A stretch of DNA of 24,000 nt from Halorhodospira halophila SL1 (GTDB lineage Bacteria; Pseudomonadota; Gammaproteobacteria; Nitrococcales; Halorhodospiraceae): positions 1,983,151 to 2,007,150 of the forward strand of contig NC_008789.1 of assembly GCF_000015585.1 (NCBI RefSeq), read 5' to 3'. A program made the translations under genes and the position numbers. Below the pieces are notes generated by a model. That model was not told where the DNA came from. It made no database searches and saw only the letters and a program-made list of their open reading frames with translations. Position 1 is the first letter of the stretch; each line of letters opens with the position of its first letter. Of this stretch, positions 1 through 9,363 are shown one piece after another.

Positions 1-1029
1 CACCGGCCGGTTGCCGCCCTGCAGGTCCGGAGTGCGCAACCCCTCCTCGAGCACCGCCCCCACGGCGGCCTCGACCCGGTCCGCGGCCTCACCCGCGCCC
101 AGGCTGTAGCGCAGCATCATGGCCACCGAGAGGATGGTGGCTAGCGGGTTCGCCTTGTCCTGCCCGGCAATATCCGGCGCCGAGCCGTGGACCGGCTCGT
201 AGAGCCCCTTGCCGTGTTCATCGAGGGAGGCGGACGGGAGCATGCCGATGGAGCCGGTCAGCTGCGCGGCGCAATCCGAGAGGATGTCCCCGAACAGGTT
301 CCCGGTGACCACCACATCGAACTGCTTCGGCGCACGCACCAGCTGCATGGCGGCGTTGTCCACGTACATGTGGCTGAGCTCGACACCCGGGTAGTCCGCC
401 GCCACCCGCTCGACCACTTCGCGCCATAGCTCCGAGCTTTCCAGGACATTGGCCTTGTCCACCGAGCAGACCCGTCCCTGGCGCTGCTCGGCGGCGGCGA
501 AGGCGAGACGGGCAATGCGCTCGATCTCCGACTCGCTATAGACCTCGGTGTTGAAGCCCTGACGCTCGCCACTGTCCAGGGTGCGGATCCCGCGGGGCTG
601 GCCAAAGTAGATCCCGCCGGTGAGTTCGCGAACGATGAGGATATCCAGCCCCGCGACAACATCTTCCCGCAGCGCCGAGGCGCCGGCCAGCTGCGGATAC
701 AGGATGGCCGGGCGCAGATTGCCGAACAGACCCAGCTCCGAGCGGATCGCCAGAAGCCCCCGCTCCGGTCGGACGTCCCGTGGGAGCGCATCGTACTGCG
801 GCCCGCCGACGGCCCCCAGCAGCACCGCATCCGCCTCCCGCGCCAGGCGCAGGGTCTCGTCGGGCAGGGGCTGGCCGGCGGCGTCGTAACCGGCGCCGCC
901 AATGGGCGCCGTCTCCATCTCGCAGCCGACCCCGTAGCGCTTATTCAGCGCCTCGAGCACACGCCGGGCCTCCGCGGTGATCTCCGGGCCGATACCGTCC
1001 CCGGGGAGCAGCAGGATCTTCTGGGCCAT
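1..1029 (-). CDS. leuB: 3-isopropylmalate dehydrogenase (C-terminus runs off the left edge)
   Basis: The frame is open to position 1, so it is absent from the ORF track. Reverse-strand translation from ATG at 1029 reads [33 protein letters not shown]...[30 protein letters not shown], typical of beta-decarboxylating dehydrogenases. It lies directly downstream of leuC-leuD. Confidence 0.93.
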   Translation of the reverse strand, partial: MAQKILLLPGDGIGPEITAEARRVLEALNKRYGVGCEMETAPIGGAGYDAAGQPLPDETLRLAREADAVLLGAVGGPQYDALPRDVRPERGLLAIRSELGLFGNLRPAILYPQLAGASALREDVVAGLDILIVRELTGGIYFGQPRGIRTLDSGERQGFNTEVYSESEIERIARLAFAAAEQRQGRVCSVDKANVLESSELWREVVERVAADYPGVELSHMYVDNAAMQLVRAPKQFDVVVTGNLFGDILSDCAAQLTGSIGMLPSASLDEHGKGLYEPVHGSAPDIAGQDKANPLATILSVAMMLRYSLGAGEAADRVEAAVGAVLEEGLRTPDLQGGNRPV

Positions 1030-1067
1030 CGTTACGCACTCACCATTCAGATTTCAGGTTTCCGGGT

Positions 1068-1715
1068 TCAGCGCTCAAGGAACAGCCAGGGGGCTTCCTG
1101 CAGGCGGCGCTGCTCATAGGCCTGGATGGCCTCGCTCTGCTCCTCCAGGGTCACGCCGATCTCATCGAGGCCTTCAAGCAGCATGCGCTTGCGGAACGGA
1201 TCCACGTCGAAGCCGAAACGCTCGCCGCCCGGGGTGACGACCTGCTGCTCGAAGAGATCGATGGTCAGCTGGTAGCCCTCGGTGGCGTAGACCGCCTGAA
1301 ACAGCTGCTCGACCACCTCCTCGCCCAGCACCACCGGCAGGAGGCCGTTCTTGAAGCAGTTGCTGTAGAAGATATCGGCGAAGCTCGGCGCCACGATGGC
1401 CCGGAAGCCGTAGTCCTTCAGGGCCCACGGGGCGTGCTCGCGGGAGGAGCCGCAGCCGAAATTGTCCCGGGCAAGCAGCACGCTGGCCCCCTGGTAGCGC
1501 GGCTGATTGAGGACGAAGTCCTCGTTGCGCGGCCGGTTCGTGCAGTCCATCCCCGGCTCGCCGCGATCAAGGTACCGCCACTCATCGAACAGGTAGGGGC
1601 CGAACCCCGTCCGCTTGACGGACTTGAGGAACTGCTTGGGGATGATGGCGTCCGTATCGACGTTGGAGCGATCCAGCGGCGCAACCAGACCGGTGTGTCG
1701 AGTGAAAGGTTCCAT
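1068..1715 (-). CDS. leuD: 3-isopropylmalate dehydratase small subunit
   Basis: ORF 1068..1886. The conserved sequence begins at internal ATG 1715 ([31 protein letters not shown]...[15 protein letters not shown]). The 57 upstream codons are R/P/W-rich and overlap leuC, so they were rejected. Confidence 0.93.
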   Translation of the reverse strand: MEPFTRHTGLVAPLDRSNVDTDAIIPKQFLKSVKRTGFGPYLFDEWRYLDRGEPGMDCTNRPRNEDFVLNQPRYQGASVLLARDNFGCGSSREHAPWALKDYGFRAIVAPSFADIFYSNCFKNGLLPVVLGEEVVEQLFQAVYATEGYQLTIDLFEQQVVTPGGERFGFDVDPFRKRMLLEGLDEIGVTLEEQSEAIQAYEQRRLQEAPWLFLER

Positions 1716-1734
1716 GGGCGTTTCCAGTCTTTTG

Positions 1735-1771
1735 AAAAAAGGGCCGGGAGACGCTCGGCGTCTACTCCCGG
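1735..1771 (-). terminator. Terminator-like hairpin plus U6 tract at the leuC/leuD junction (possible partial terminator or RNA-stability element)
   Basis: The minus-strand RNA reads CCGGGAG-UAG-ACGC-CGA-GCGU-CUCCCGG-CCC-UUUUUU. It has a 7-bp outer stem (1771-1765 with 1750-1744) and a 4-bp inner stem. The leuC stop codon UAG (1764-1762) is the bulge, and the U6 tract is at 1740-1735. Confidence 0.3.
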
Positions 1772-3162
1772 ATATCCACGAAGTGACCATGGATGGCGGC
1801 AGCGGCCACCATCGCCGGGCTGGCCAGATGGGTGCGGCCGCCCTGGCCCTGGCGCCCCTCGAAGTTCCGGTTGGAGGTCGAGGCACAGCGCTCGCCGGGC
1901 TCCAGGCGGTCGGGGTTCATGCCCAGGCACATGGAGCACCCCGGTTCGCGCCACTCGAAGCCGGCATCGAGAAAGACCCGGTCGAGCCCCTCGCCTTCGG
2001 CCTGCTGCTTGACCACCCCGGAGCCGGGGACCACCAGCGCCTGGCGGATATTCTCAGCCACCCGACGGCCATGGACGACGGCGGCCGCCTCGCGCAGGTC
2101 CTCGATGCGGGCATTGGTGCAAGACCCGATGAAGATCTTGTCCATGGGGATATCGGTCAGTGGCGTCCCCGGCTCCAGGCCCATGTACTCCAGGGCCCGG
2201 CCCATCGCCCGGGCGCGCACCGCATCGCTCTCCTCCGCCGGGTCGGGGACGCGGCGATTCACCGAGGCGACCATCTCCGGCGACGTCCCCCAGGTCACCT
2301 GGGGCTCGATCTCGTCGGCGTGGAGTTCCACCACCCGGTCGAAGGCCGCATCCTCATCCGAGACCAGGTGGCGCCAACTGGCCACGGCCTGGTCCCACAG
2401 CGCGCCCTCGGGGGCATTCGGACGGCCCCGGACATACTCGATGGTGGTGTCATCCACAGCCACCATACCGGTACGCGCCCCGGCCTCGATGGACATGTTG
2501 CAGATGGTCATCCGCCCTTCCATGGAGAGGCTGCGTATGGCCTCGCCGCCGTACTCCAGTGCGTACCCCGTGCCGCCCGCAGTACCGATGCGACCGATGA
2601 TCGCCAGGATGATGTCCTTGGCCGTGACCCCCCGCCCGAGCTGACCATCGATGCGGATGAGCATGGTGCGGGCCTTCTTCTGCACCAGGGTCTGCGTGGC
2701 CAGGACATGCTCCACCTCACTGGTGCCCACCCCGAAGGCCAGTGCGCCCAGGGCGCCGTGGGTCGAGGTGTGCGAGTCGCCACAGACCAGGGTCATCCCC
2801 GGCAGTGTCGTGCCCTGCTCAGGCCCGACGACGTGGACGATCCCTTGGCGCGGGTCGCGGATACCAAACTCGATCACCTGGAAGTCCTTGCAGTTGCGAT
2901 CCAGCGTCTCGATCTGCACCCGCGAGACCGGATCCTCCACCGGCTGACTGCGGTCGGTGGTGGGGACGTTGTGATCGGTCACGGCAAGATTGGACGCCAC
3001 GCGCCACGGCTGGCGACCGGCCAGGCGCAGACCCTCGAACGCCTGCGGCGAGGTCACCTCATGCAGGAGCTGACGATCGATGTAAAGCAGCGCCGATCCA
3101 TCGTCGTACTCGGTGACAACGTGGCTATCCCAGAGTTTGTCGTAGAGGGTCTTCCCGGTCAT
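1762..3162 (-). CDS. leuC: 3-isopropylmalate dehydratase large subunit
   Basis: 466-aa [19 protein letters not shown]... with aconitase-family Fe-S motifs [18 protein letters not shown] and [13 protein letters not shown]. It is in leuC-leuD-leuB order. Confidence 0.96.
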
Positions 3163-3203
3163 TGGCCTGTTCTATCAATTGGCTTAGAAACATTCACTTG
3201 AAC

Positions 3204-3209
3204 ATTATA
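3204..3209 (-). promoter_or_regulatory. Candidate -10 box (TATAAT) for leuCDB
   Basis: A perfect TATAAT on the minus strand lies in the only AT-rich patch between the MFS gene stop (3240) and the leuC ATG (3162), about 42 nt upstream of the ATG. No convincing -35 was found. Confidence 0.3.
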
Positions 3210-3239
3210 TCGGACCGACCCCCCTCGGGGGAAATGCCC

Positions 3240-4460
3240 TCAGGCCCGCTGCCCGCGCAGGCTCCAGGCCGCCAGGATCGCCGCCAGGAAGGCCACCGCG
3301 CTGGCAGCCAGGAAGGTCTGCCCGCCGAAGAGATCCCAGGCCATGCCGGAGAGCAGCGACCCCAGCGCCACCCCGGCACCGAAGGTCAGACTGGAGTACA
3401 GCGCCTGCCCCCGACCCTGCGCGGCGCCGGTGAAGAACCGGTTGACCACATCGATCGCCACCGCGTGATAGATCCCGAAGCTGGCGGCATGGAAGGTCTG
3501 GCTCAGGGCCACGAGCCAGGCCGAATCCACCCACGCGGCGACCATCAGCCAGCGCAGGCCGCCCAGCGCTAGGGCCAGGGTCAGCAAGGTGCGGGCGCCA
3601 AAACGAGGCAGCAGCCGGTGCATAACCAGGAAGATGGCGATCTCAGCCACCACCCCCCAGGCCCACAGCGCGCCGATCAGCCCGCCGCTGTAGCCGTGAT
3701 CCTCCAGGTAGATGCTGAAGAAGCCGTAGAACGGTCCGTGGCCCATCTGGTTGAGGAAACAGGCCAGAAAGAACCCGATCACCGCCGGCCGGCGCAAGGT
3801 CTCCCAGAAACCGTCCCCATCGGCGCGGTGCGTGGCACGCCCGGCCTCCGGCGCGATGAGGCTGGAAACCGCGAGCCCGCCGAAGATCAGCAGCACCACG
3901 TAGGGCAGTGCATCGAAACCGGCCCGATCGAGCATCTCGCCGATGCCCATCACCGACAGGATGAACCCCACCGACCCCCACAGCCGGATGCGGCTGTAGC
4001 GGTGCTCCTGCCCGCGCAGATGGTTGAACGTATTGGCTTCGTACTGGGGCAGTGCGGCGTTCCAGAAGAACCCGAACAGGGCCATGACCAGCGCCACCGC
4101 GCCGAAGGTCTCGGCGAGGAGGATCGCCGAGAAGGCCAGGAGCGCCACCACCGAGGCCGCGCGCACCACCGCCATGCGTCGATTAAGGCGGTCGGCCAGC
4201 ACCCCCCAGACGTTCGGGGCGATGATCTTGGTGGCGTGGAGAATGGCCAGCAGTTGACCGATCTCCGCCGAGGAGAAGCCCTCGGCGCGCAGGTACGGCC
4301 CCCAGTAGGGCATCAGGGCCCCGAGGGCGGCAAAGAAGAAGAGGTAGAAGCCCGAGAGCCGCCAGTACGGCAACGCCGGTTGCGCCCCGCCCGGAGTCCC
4401 GCCGCTCAAGGGATTACTCCCGGTCGCGGGCGGGCAGCACCGGGGTCCCGGACTCGACAT
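3240..4460 (-). CDS. MFS transporter, HcaT-like (phenylpropionate permease, PPP, family)
   Basis: Polytopic hydrophobic 406-aa ORF. Blocks [38 protein letters not shown] and [34 protein letters not shown] parallel E. coli HcaT as I recall it. The start is uncertain: the first start codon at 4460 overlaps the aroC 3' end by 47 nt, and an in-frame TTG at 4409 lies just past the aroC stop. Confidence 0.85.
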   Translation of the reverse strand: MSSPGPRCCPPATGSNPLSGGTPGGAQPALPYWRLSGFYLFFFAALGALMPYWGPYLRAEGFSSAEIGQLLAILHATKIIAPNVWGVLADRLNRRMAVVRAASVVALLAFSAILLAETFGAVALVMALFGFFWNAALPQYEANTFNHLRGQEHRYSRIRLWGSVGFILSVMGIGEMLDRAGFDALPYVVLLIFGGLAVSSLIAPEAGRATHRADGDGFWETLRRPAVIGFFLACFLNQMGHGPFYGFFSIYLEDHGYSGGLIGALWAWGVVAEIAIFLVMHRLLPRFGARTLLTLALALGGLRWLMVAAWVDSAWLVALSQTFHAASFGIYHAVAIDVVNRFFTGAAQGRGQALYSSLTFGAGVALGSLLSGMAWDLFGGQTFLAASAVAFLAAILAAWSLRGQRA

Positions 4461-5517
4461 CGGCGTTCTGTGCCCGATGCCGCAGCCAGTGGTCCATCAC
4501 CACCAGCGCCGCCATGGCCTCGGCGATGGGCACCGCACGGATACCGACACACGGATCGTGGCGCCCCTTGGTCACCACCGAGACCGGCTCGCCGTGCACG
4601 TCCACCGAGCGCCCCGGGATGAGCATGCTCGAGGTCGGCTTCAGCGCCGCCCGCACCACCAGATCCTGTCCGCTGGAGATCCCGCCGAGCACCCCGCCGG
4701 ACTGGTTGCCGGCGAATCCCGCGGGGGTGAGCTCGTCGCGATGGGCGCTGCCCCGCTGCCCTGCCGCCGCCATGCCGGCGCCGACCTCCACCCCCTTGAC
4801 GGCGTTGATGGACATCAGCGCCTTGGCCAGGTCGGCATCCAGACGGTCGAAGACCGGCTCGCCGAGCCCCGGCGGCACATGGCGGACCTCGACCTCGACG
4901 GCAGCGCCCACCGAATCGCCAGCCTTACGCACCTCTTGGATCAGGGCCTCGAGCTCCGGGATGCGCGCCGGGTCGGCGCAGAAGAAGTCGTTGTCATCCA
5001 CCGCCGACCAGTCCTCGGCGCCGAGTTCGATCCCACCCATCTGGGCCAGCCGCCCGCGGATCTCGATACCGAGACGCTGGGCGAGGTAGCGGCGGGCGAT
5101 GGCCCCGGCGGCCACCCGCACGGCGGTCTCCCGAGCCGAAGAACGGCCGCCGCCGCGGTAATCGCGAACCCCGTACTTCTGCTGATAGGTGTAGTCGGCG
5201 TGCCCAGGCCGGAACCGCTGGGCGATCTCGGAGTAATCCTTGGAACGCTGGTCGGTGTTCTCGATGAGCAGACCGATGGGGGTGCCGGTGGTCACCCCCT
5301 CGAAGACCCCGGAGAGGATCTGCACCTGATCGCTCTCGCGGCGCTGCGTGGTGTGCTTGGAGCGCCCGGGCCGACGCCGATCGAGCTCGACTTGCAGGTC
5401 GGCCTCGGTCAGGGCCAGCCCCGGCGGGCAGCCGTCCACCACGCCGCCCAGCGCGGGGCCGTGACTCTCACCAAAGGTGGTGACCGTAAACAGGGTGCCA
5501 AAGGTATTCCCAGACAT
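4414..5517 (-). CDS. aroC: chorismate synthase
   Basis: ORF 4414..5658. The conserved start is at ATG 5517 ([33 protein letters not shown]...RPGHADYTY...[10 protein letters not shown]...GRHDPCV). Confidence 0.96.
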   Translation of the reverse strand: MSGNTFGTLFTVTTFGESHGPALGGVVDGCPPGLALTEADLQVELDRRRPGRSKHTTQRRESDQVQILSGVFEGVTTGTPIGLLIENTDQRSKDYSEIAQRFRPGHADYTYQQKYGVRDYRGGGRSSARETAVRVAAGAIARRYLAQRLGIEIRGRLAQMGGIELGAEDWSAVDDNDFFCADPARIPELEALIQEVRKAGDSVGAAVEVEVRHVPPGLGEPVFDRLDADLAKALMSINAVKGVEVGAGMAAAGQRGSAHRDELTPAGFAGNQSGGVLGGISSGQDLVVRAALKPTSSMLIPGRSVDVHGEPVSVVTKGRHDPCVGIRAVPIAEAMAALVVMDHWLRHRAQNADVESGTPVLPARDRE

Positions 5518-5593
5518 AGGCCGTCGATTGTAGCACTGCAGATCCGTGGGCGGGCCTGGCCGGCGACTGGCCGGTGGGCGTATCCTGCACGCC

Positions 5594-6595
5594 ATGCACG
5601 CACCCGCCCCCACCAACCTGATCACCGGTTTTCTGGGCGTCGGCAAGACCACGGCCATCCGGCATTTACTGTCCGAGGCCCGCCCGACCGATCAGCGCTG
5701 GGCCGTGCTCGTCAACGAGTTCGGCGACGTCGGCGTCGACGCCACCCGCCTCGAAGACGGCGCGGCGATCGAAGAACTCCCCGGCGGCTGCCTGTGCTGC
5801 ACCCTCGGGGCGCCGTTCCGGATCGCCCTGGCCCGCCTGCTGCGCCGCAGCCGCCCGGCCCGCCTGCTCATCGAGCCGACCGGACTCGGCCACCCGGCCC
5901 GCATCCTCGACCTACTCCGTGAGTTCGAGCAGCAGGGCGCCATCACCCTGCGCGCCACGCTGACCCTGGTCGACCCGCGACAGCTCGACGACCCGCGGGT
6001 CGCCGGACACGACGCCTTCCGCGACCAAGCGCAGCTGGCCGATGTCCTGATCGCCCACAAGACGGACCTGTGCAGCGCCAGCGAGCGGGCCGCTTTCAAC
6101 TCCTGGGCACACACCCTCTACCCGCCGAAGCAGCGCATCGAGGAGGCAGCCCACGGCCGTATCGATCCGGCCTGGCTGGATGAGCCGGCCGGCCGGGCCG
6201 GGACGCTGGACACCGGGGCACCAGCCCCCCACCGCGCGGCCGAGCACCACCACGGGGCCGGGCGCGCCGCGCCGGAGCCGGGTCAGCCCGTGCGGGCCGA
6301 ACAGAGCGGCGGCGCCGTCCCGGCGTGCGGATGGATCTTCCACTCCGAGGATGTCTTCGATCGCCACGCCCTGCTCCAGGTGCTGGAGTCCCTGCGCGAC
6401 TGTCAGCGCGTCAAGGGCGTCATGCGCACCGGCCGCGACTGGCTGCGCGTGGATGCCGATGGCGATGGCGTGCGGGCGGAGGCGACGGCCTGGCGGGGCG
6501 AGAGCCGGCTAGAGGTCATCGGCCCCGCCGCAGACACCAGCTGGGCGGGCACCGAACAGGCCCTGCTGGCCGCCTACCGGGGCACCGGCCACTGA
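5594..6595 (+). CDS. COG0523-family G3E GTPase (CobW/YeiR-like putative metallochaperone)
   Basis: From ATG 5594: Walker [10 protein letters not shown], metal-binding CxCC motif (GGCLCCT), a His-rich linker (AAEHHHGAG) and a CobW_C-like C-terminus. The upstream part of ORF 5546 has no conserved content. Confidence 0.88.
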   Translation: MHAPAPTNLITGFLGVGKTTAIRHLLSEARPTDQRWAVLVNEFGDVGVDATRLEDGAAIEELPGGCLCCTLGAPFRIALARLLRRSRPARLLIEPTGLGHPARILDLLREFEQQGAITLRATLTLVDPRQLDDPRVAGHDAFRDQAQLADVLIAHKTDLCSASERAAFNSWAHTLYPPKQRIEEAAHGRIDPAWLDEPAGRAGTLDTGAPAPHRAAEHHHGAGRAAPEPGQPVRAEQSGGAVPACGWIFHSEDVFDRHALLQVLESLRDCQRVKGVMRTGRDWLRVDADGDGVRAEATAWRGESRLEVIGPAADTSWAGTEQALLAAYRGTGH

Positions 6596-6755
6596 CCCCA
6601 ACCCGGCGGACGACGTCCATCCACCGAGGGGCACCAGGGATTGGCGGGCTAAGCCAGGCGACTGTCCCCGTTACCCGCCCACTGCGGGTCTAGCGGACGC
6701 CGCGCACAACCCCTATCCTGTTGCGGGTACGCGACCGTGAACCAGGAATCAGGCG

Positions 6756-7499
6756 ATGGCCGAGCGCCCACAGCGGGTACCCGCCAGCACCGAGCAGGAG
6801 TCCGCCCTGGTCCTCTTCTCCGGGGGACAAGATTCCACGGCCTGCCTGGCCTGGGCACTGGAGTATTTCAGCCGGGTCGAGACCGTGGGCTTCGCCTACG
6901 GCCAGCGTCATGATGTGGAGCTATCGGCCCGCGAGGAGGTCCTCGACGGATTGCGCGCCCTCCGCCCCGACTGGGCGGCGCGCCTGGGCAGCGACCGTGT
7001 GCTGGATGCCGGCGTGCTGGGCGAGATCAGCGATACCGCACTGACTCAAGATGCCGAAATCGCCTACGACGCGCGCGGCCTGCCCACCACCTTCGTCCCC
7101 GGCCGCAACCTGCTCTTCTTCACGCTGGCAGCAGCCGTGGCCCACCGGCGCGGCATCCGCCATCTGGTTGCTGGCGTCTGCGAGACCGACTTCTCCGGCT
7201 ACCCCGACTGCCGCGACGACACCGTCAAGTCCCTGCAGGTCACCCTCAACCTGGGCATGGCCGAGCGGCTGGTGCTGCACACCCCATTGATGTGGCTGGA
7301 TAAGGCCCAGACCTGGATGCTGGCCGAACAACTTGGCGGAAGCGCACTGGTGGATTTGACCGTCGAGGCGAGCCATACGTGTTATTACGGCATGCGGGAG
7401 CAGCGCCACGAATGGGGCTACGGCTGCGGCGAGTGCCCGGCCTGCCGGCTGCGCGCCGAAGGCTGGCACCGTTTCCGACACGGCAGCGGCGCACAGTAA
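6756..7499 (+). CDS. queC: 7-cyano-7-deazaguanine synthase
   Basis: PP-loop motif [16 protein letters not shown] and a C-terminal Zn cysteine cluster (SHTCYYG...[10 protein letters not shown]). AGGAA lies 7 nt upstream of the ATG. Confidence 0.93.
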   Translation: MAERPQRVPASTEQESALVLFSGGQDSTACLAWALEYFSRVETVGFAYGQRHDVELSAREEVLDGLRALRPDWAARLGSDRVLDAGVLGEISDTALTQDAEIAYDARGLPTTFVPGRNLLFFTLAAAVAHRRGIRHLVAGVCETDFSGYPDCRDDTVKSLQVTLNLGMAERLVLHTPLMWLDKAQTWMLAEQLGGSALVDLTVEASHTCYYGMREQRHEWGYGCGECPACRLRAEGWHRFRHGSGAQ

Positions 7500-7558
7500 C
7501 CCCTTGCCGCGCCCGCGAGGTTGAGCCGTATCCAAACCACAACCGAGGGAGAAGACCG

Positions 7559-8821
7559 ATGCGCATCGCTGTAGTCGGGGCCGGCGTCGTCGGAACCTCC
7601 GTGGCCTGGGAGCTGACCGCCCGTGGCCACCAGACCGTGCTGATCGAGCGCTGCAATGAGGTCGCACAGGAGACCAGCTTTGCCAATGGCGCCCAGCTCC
7701 ACGCCGGCCACGCCGCCCCGTGGAACCCGCCAGGCGTGCTCCGCGACGCCATCGGCTGGCTCGGGAAATCCGACTCGCCCCTGCGCATCAACCCCCTGCG
7801 GGTGCTGCGCAACCCCAGCTGGTCACTGCGTTTCCTGGCCAACGCCACCGCGCGGCGCTACCGGCGTCACGCTGACGCCAACGCGGCGCTGGCCCTCTAC
7901 GGCGTACAGCAGGCACGCGCCTGGCGCGATGCCCTCGGACTCACCTTCGATGCCCGCGACAGCGGCATCCTGAAGCTCTTCGACGACCCCGACGCCCTGG
8001 AGCACGGACGCGCCGAAGCGACCGCCGTGGAGGCTCTGGGCATCCGCCACCGGGTTCTGAGTATCGACGAGACGCTCGCCCGCGAACCGGCTCTGAGCGA
8101 TGCCGCAGATCAACTGGCCGGTGCCATCGAGTTCCCCGACGACGGCTGTGGCGACCCACTGCAGTTCACCGCAGCCCTCGCCGAGCGGCTGACCGCCGAG
8201 GGCGCCGAGCTCTGGCTGGGCACTACGGCACGTCGACTGCTGGGCGGCCCTGCCGGGGTGGAGGGCGTCGAGACCAGCCGCGGGGTCGTGGACGTCGATG
8301 CCGTGGTCGTCGCAGCGGGCAGCTATAGCCCGGCCCTGACCCGCGCGTTCGGCGTGCGCCTGCCCATTGAACCGGTCAAGGGCTACTCGGTCAGCATCCC
8401 GCTGAAGGGGGTCAAGGGCGCCCCGGAGATGCCCATCATCGACGACACCCGCAAGGTGGTGCTCACCCGGCTGGGTGACCAGCTGCGCATCGCCGGCAAG
8501 GCGGAGATCACCGGCTTCGACCTGAACCTGGACGAGCGGCGCTGGCAGGTCGTCCGCAAGCAGGGGCTGAGCCGCTTCCCGCACCTGGCCGAGCAACTGG
8601 CGGACGCCCCGAGCCACCCCTGGGCCGGCCTGCGCCCGATGACCTGCGACGGCCTGCCGATCCTCGGCCCAACACCGGTCTCCGGCCTCCATCTCGCCAC
8701 CGGCGTGGGCCACCTGGGCTGGACGTTCGCCGCCGGCAGCGCACGCCTGGTTGCCGACCAGCTGGAGGAACGCACCTGCGATCTGGACCCCACTCCTTAC
8801 CAACTGCGGAGACCCCGATAA
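7559..8821 (+). CDS. dadA: FAD-dependent D-amino-acid dehydrogenase-like oxidoreductase
   Basis: Internal ATG 7559 follows GAGGGAG. The N-terminus is a Rossmann motif, MRIAVVGAGVVGTSVAWEL. Blocks ETSFANGAQL, PVKGYS, WAGLRPMTCDGLPILG and GHLGWT run parallel to E. coli DadA. Confidence 0.85.
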   Translation: MRIAVVGAGVVGTSVAWELTARGHQTVLIERCNEVAQETSFANGAQLHAGHAAPWNPPGVLRDAIGWLGKSDSPLRINPLRVLRNPSWSLRFLANATARRYRRHADANAALALYGVQQARAWRDALGLTFDARDSGILKLFDDPDALEHGRAEATAVEALGIRHRVLSIDETLAREPALSDAADQLAGAIEFPDDGCGDPLQFTAALAERLTAEGAELWLGTTARRLLGGPAGVEGVETSRGVVDVDAVVVAAGSYSPALTRAFGVRLPIEPVKGYSVSIPLKGVKGAPEMPIIDDTRKVVLTRLGDQLRIAGKAEITGFDLNLDERRWQVVRKQGLSRFPHLAEQLADAPSHPWAGLRPMTCDGLPILGPTPVSGLHLATGVGHLGWTFAAGSARLVADQLEERTCDLDPTPYQLRRPR

Positions 8822-8843
8822 CCTGGGAGAGCACGAGCACCCC

Positions 8844-8872
8844 TTGTTATACAAGGATTGTACATATACGCT
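8844..8872 (+). promoter_or_regulatory. Candidate sigma70 promoter for pyp (TTGTTA-N17-TACGCT) in an AT-rich island
   Basis: This is the only AT-rich stretch in the dadA-pyp spacer (ccTTGTTAtacaaggattgtacataTACGCT). It also contains the small inverted repeat CCTTG-N5-CAAGG and a TGTACA palindrome. Confidence 0.35.
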
Positions 8873-8881
8873 GACCAGTCA

Positions 8882-8902
8882 GTGGTGAGTCGGGCTCACC
8901 AC
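8882..8902 (+). promoter_or_regulatory. 5'-UTR stem-loop of pyp (8-bp stem, 5-nt loop)
   Basis: GTGGTGAG (8882-8889), loop tcggg, CTCACCAC (8895-8902) are perfectly complementary. The hairpin lies about 10 nt after the candidate -10 and 27 nt before the ATG. The RBS GAGGAG is at 8916-8921. Confidence 0.4.
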
Positions 8903-8928
8903 GCGGTGGCAAGCAGAGGAGCATCACC

Positions 8929-9306
8929 ATGGAACACGTTGGTTTCGGCAGCGACGACATCGAAAACACCCTGGCCAAGATGGACGACAGTCAGCTGGAC
9001 AACCTGGCCTTCGGCGCCATCCAGCTCGACGGTGACGGCACCATCCTTCAGTACAACGCCGCCGAGGGCGACATCACCGGCCGGAACCCGAAGGAGGTGA
9101 TCGGCAAGAACTTCTTCAAGGACGTGGCCCCGTGCACGGATAGCCCGGAGTTCTCCGGCAAGTTCAAGGAGGGCGTGGCCTCCGGCAACCTCAACACCAT
9201 GTTCGAGTACACCTTCGACTACCAGATGACCCCGACCAAGGTGAAGGTGCACATGAAGAAGGCCCTCTCCGGGGACAGCTACTGGGTCTTCGTCAAGCGC
9301 GTCTAG
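8929..9306 (+). CDS. pyp: photoactive yellow protein (PAS-fold blue-light photoreceptor)
   Basis: 125 aa, [20 protein letters not shown]...[11 protein letters not shown]...[12 protein letters not shown]. It is near-identical to the classical Halorhodospira halophila PYP. Y42, E46, T50, R52, C69 and M100 are all present. Confidence 0.99.
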   Translation: MEHVGFGSDDIENTLAKMDDSQLDNLAFGAIQLDGDGTILQYNAAEGDITGRNPKEVIGKNFFKDVAPCTDSPEFSGKFKEGVASGNLNTMFEYTFDYQMTPTKVKVHMKKALSGDSYWVFVKRV

Positions 9307-9317
9307 ACCCGGGCCCA

Positions 9318-9346
9318 GCTCCCCGCACGCACCGTGTGCGGGGAGC
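9318..9346 (+). terminator. Strong GC hairpin between pyp and pcl (11-bp stem, 7-nt loop, no U tract)
   Basis: GCTCCCCGCAC (9318-9328), loop gcaccgt, GTGCGGGGAGC (9336-9346). It starts 12 nt after the pyp stop codon. Confidence 0.4.
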
Positions 9347-9363
9347 CGCAGAAGGATCGACCG

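Noticed and set aside
1615-3201. 528-aa plus-strand ORF covering all of leuC
   Set aside because: It is antisense shadow of a strongly conserved gene in very GC-rich DNA. The translation is R/G/P/A/H-rich with no recognisable motifs. Stop codons are simply rare in these frames.
3163-3239. leu leader-peptide attenuator upstream of leuC
   Set aside because: Only about 42 nt lie between the candidate -10 and the leuC ATG. There is no Leu-rich mini-ORF. The short CCCCC-ctc-GGGGG hairpin (3219-3231) lies upstream of the -10 and more likely marks the end of the MFS gene.
5518-5593. Zur box in the aroC / COG0523 divergent spacer
   Set aside because: The spacer has no AT-rich palindrome of the GAAATGTTATAATATAACATTTC type. 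It has only a CTGCAG site and a short TGGCCGG direct repeat.
4477-5922. 481-aa plus-strand ORF across aroC and into the COG0523 gene
   Set aside because: It is antisense to aroC and out of frame with the GTPase gene. It is R/P-rich, and the real genes explain the region fully.
6596-6755. Possible preQ1 riboswitch upstream of queC
   Set aside because: I could not recognise the compact preQ1 pseudoknot/hairpin core. There is only a 6-bp hairpin (ACCCGC-ccact-GCGGGT at 6673-6689). A covariance-model search (Rfam preQ1-I/II/III) would settle it.
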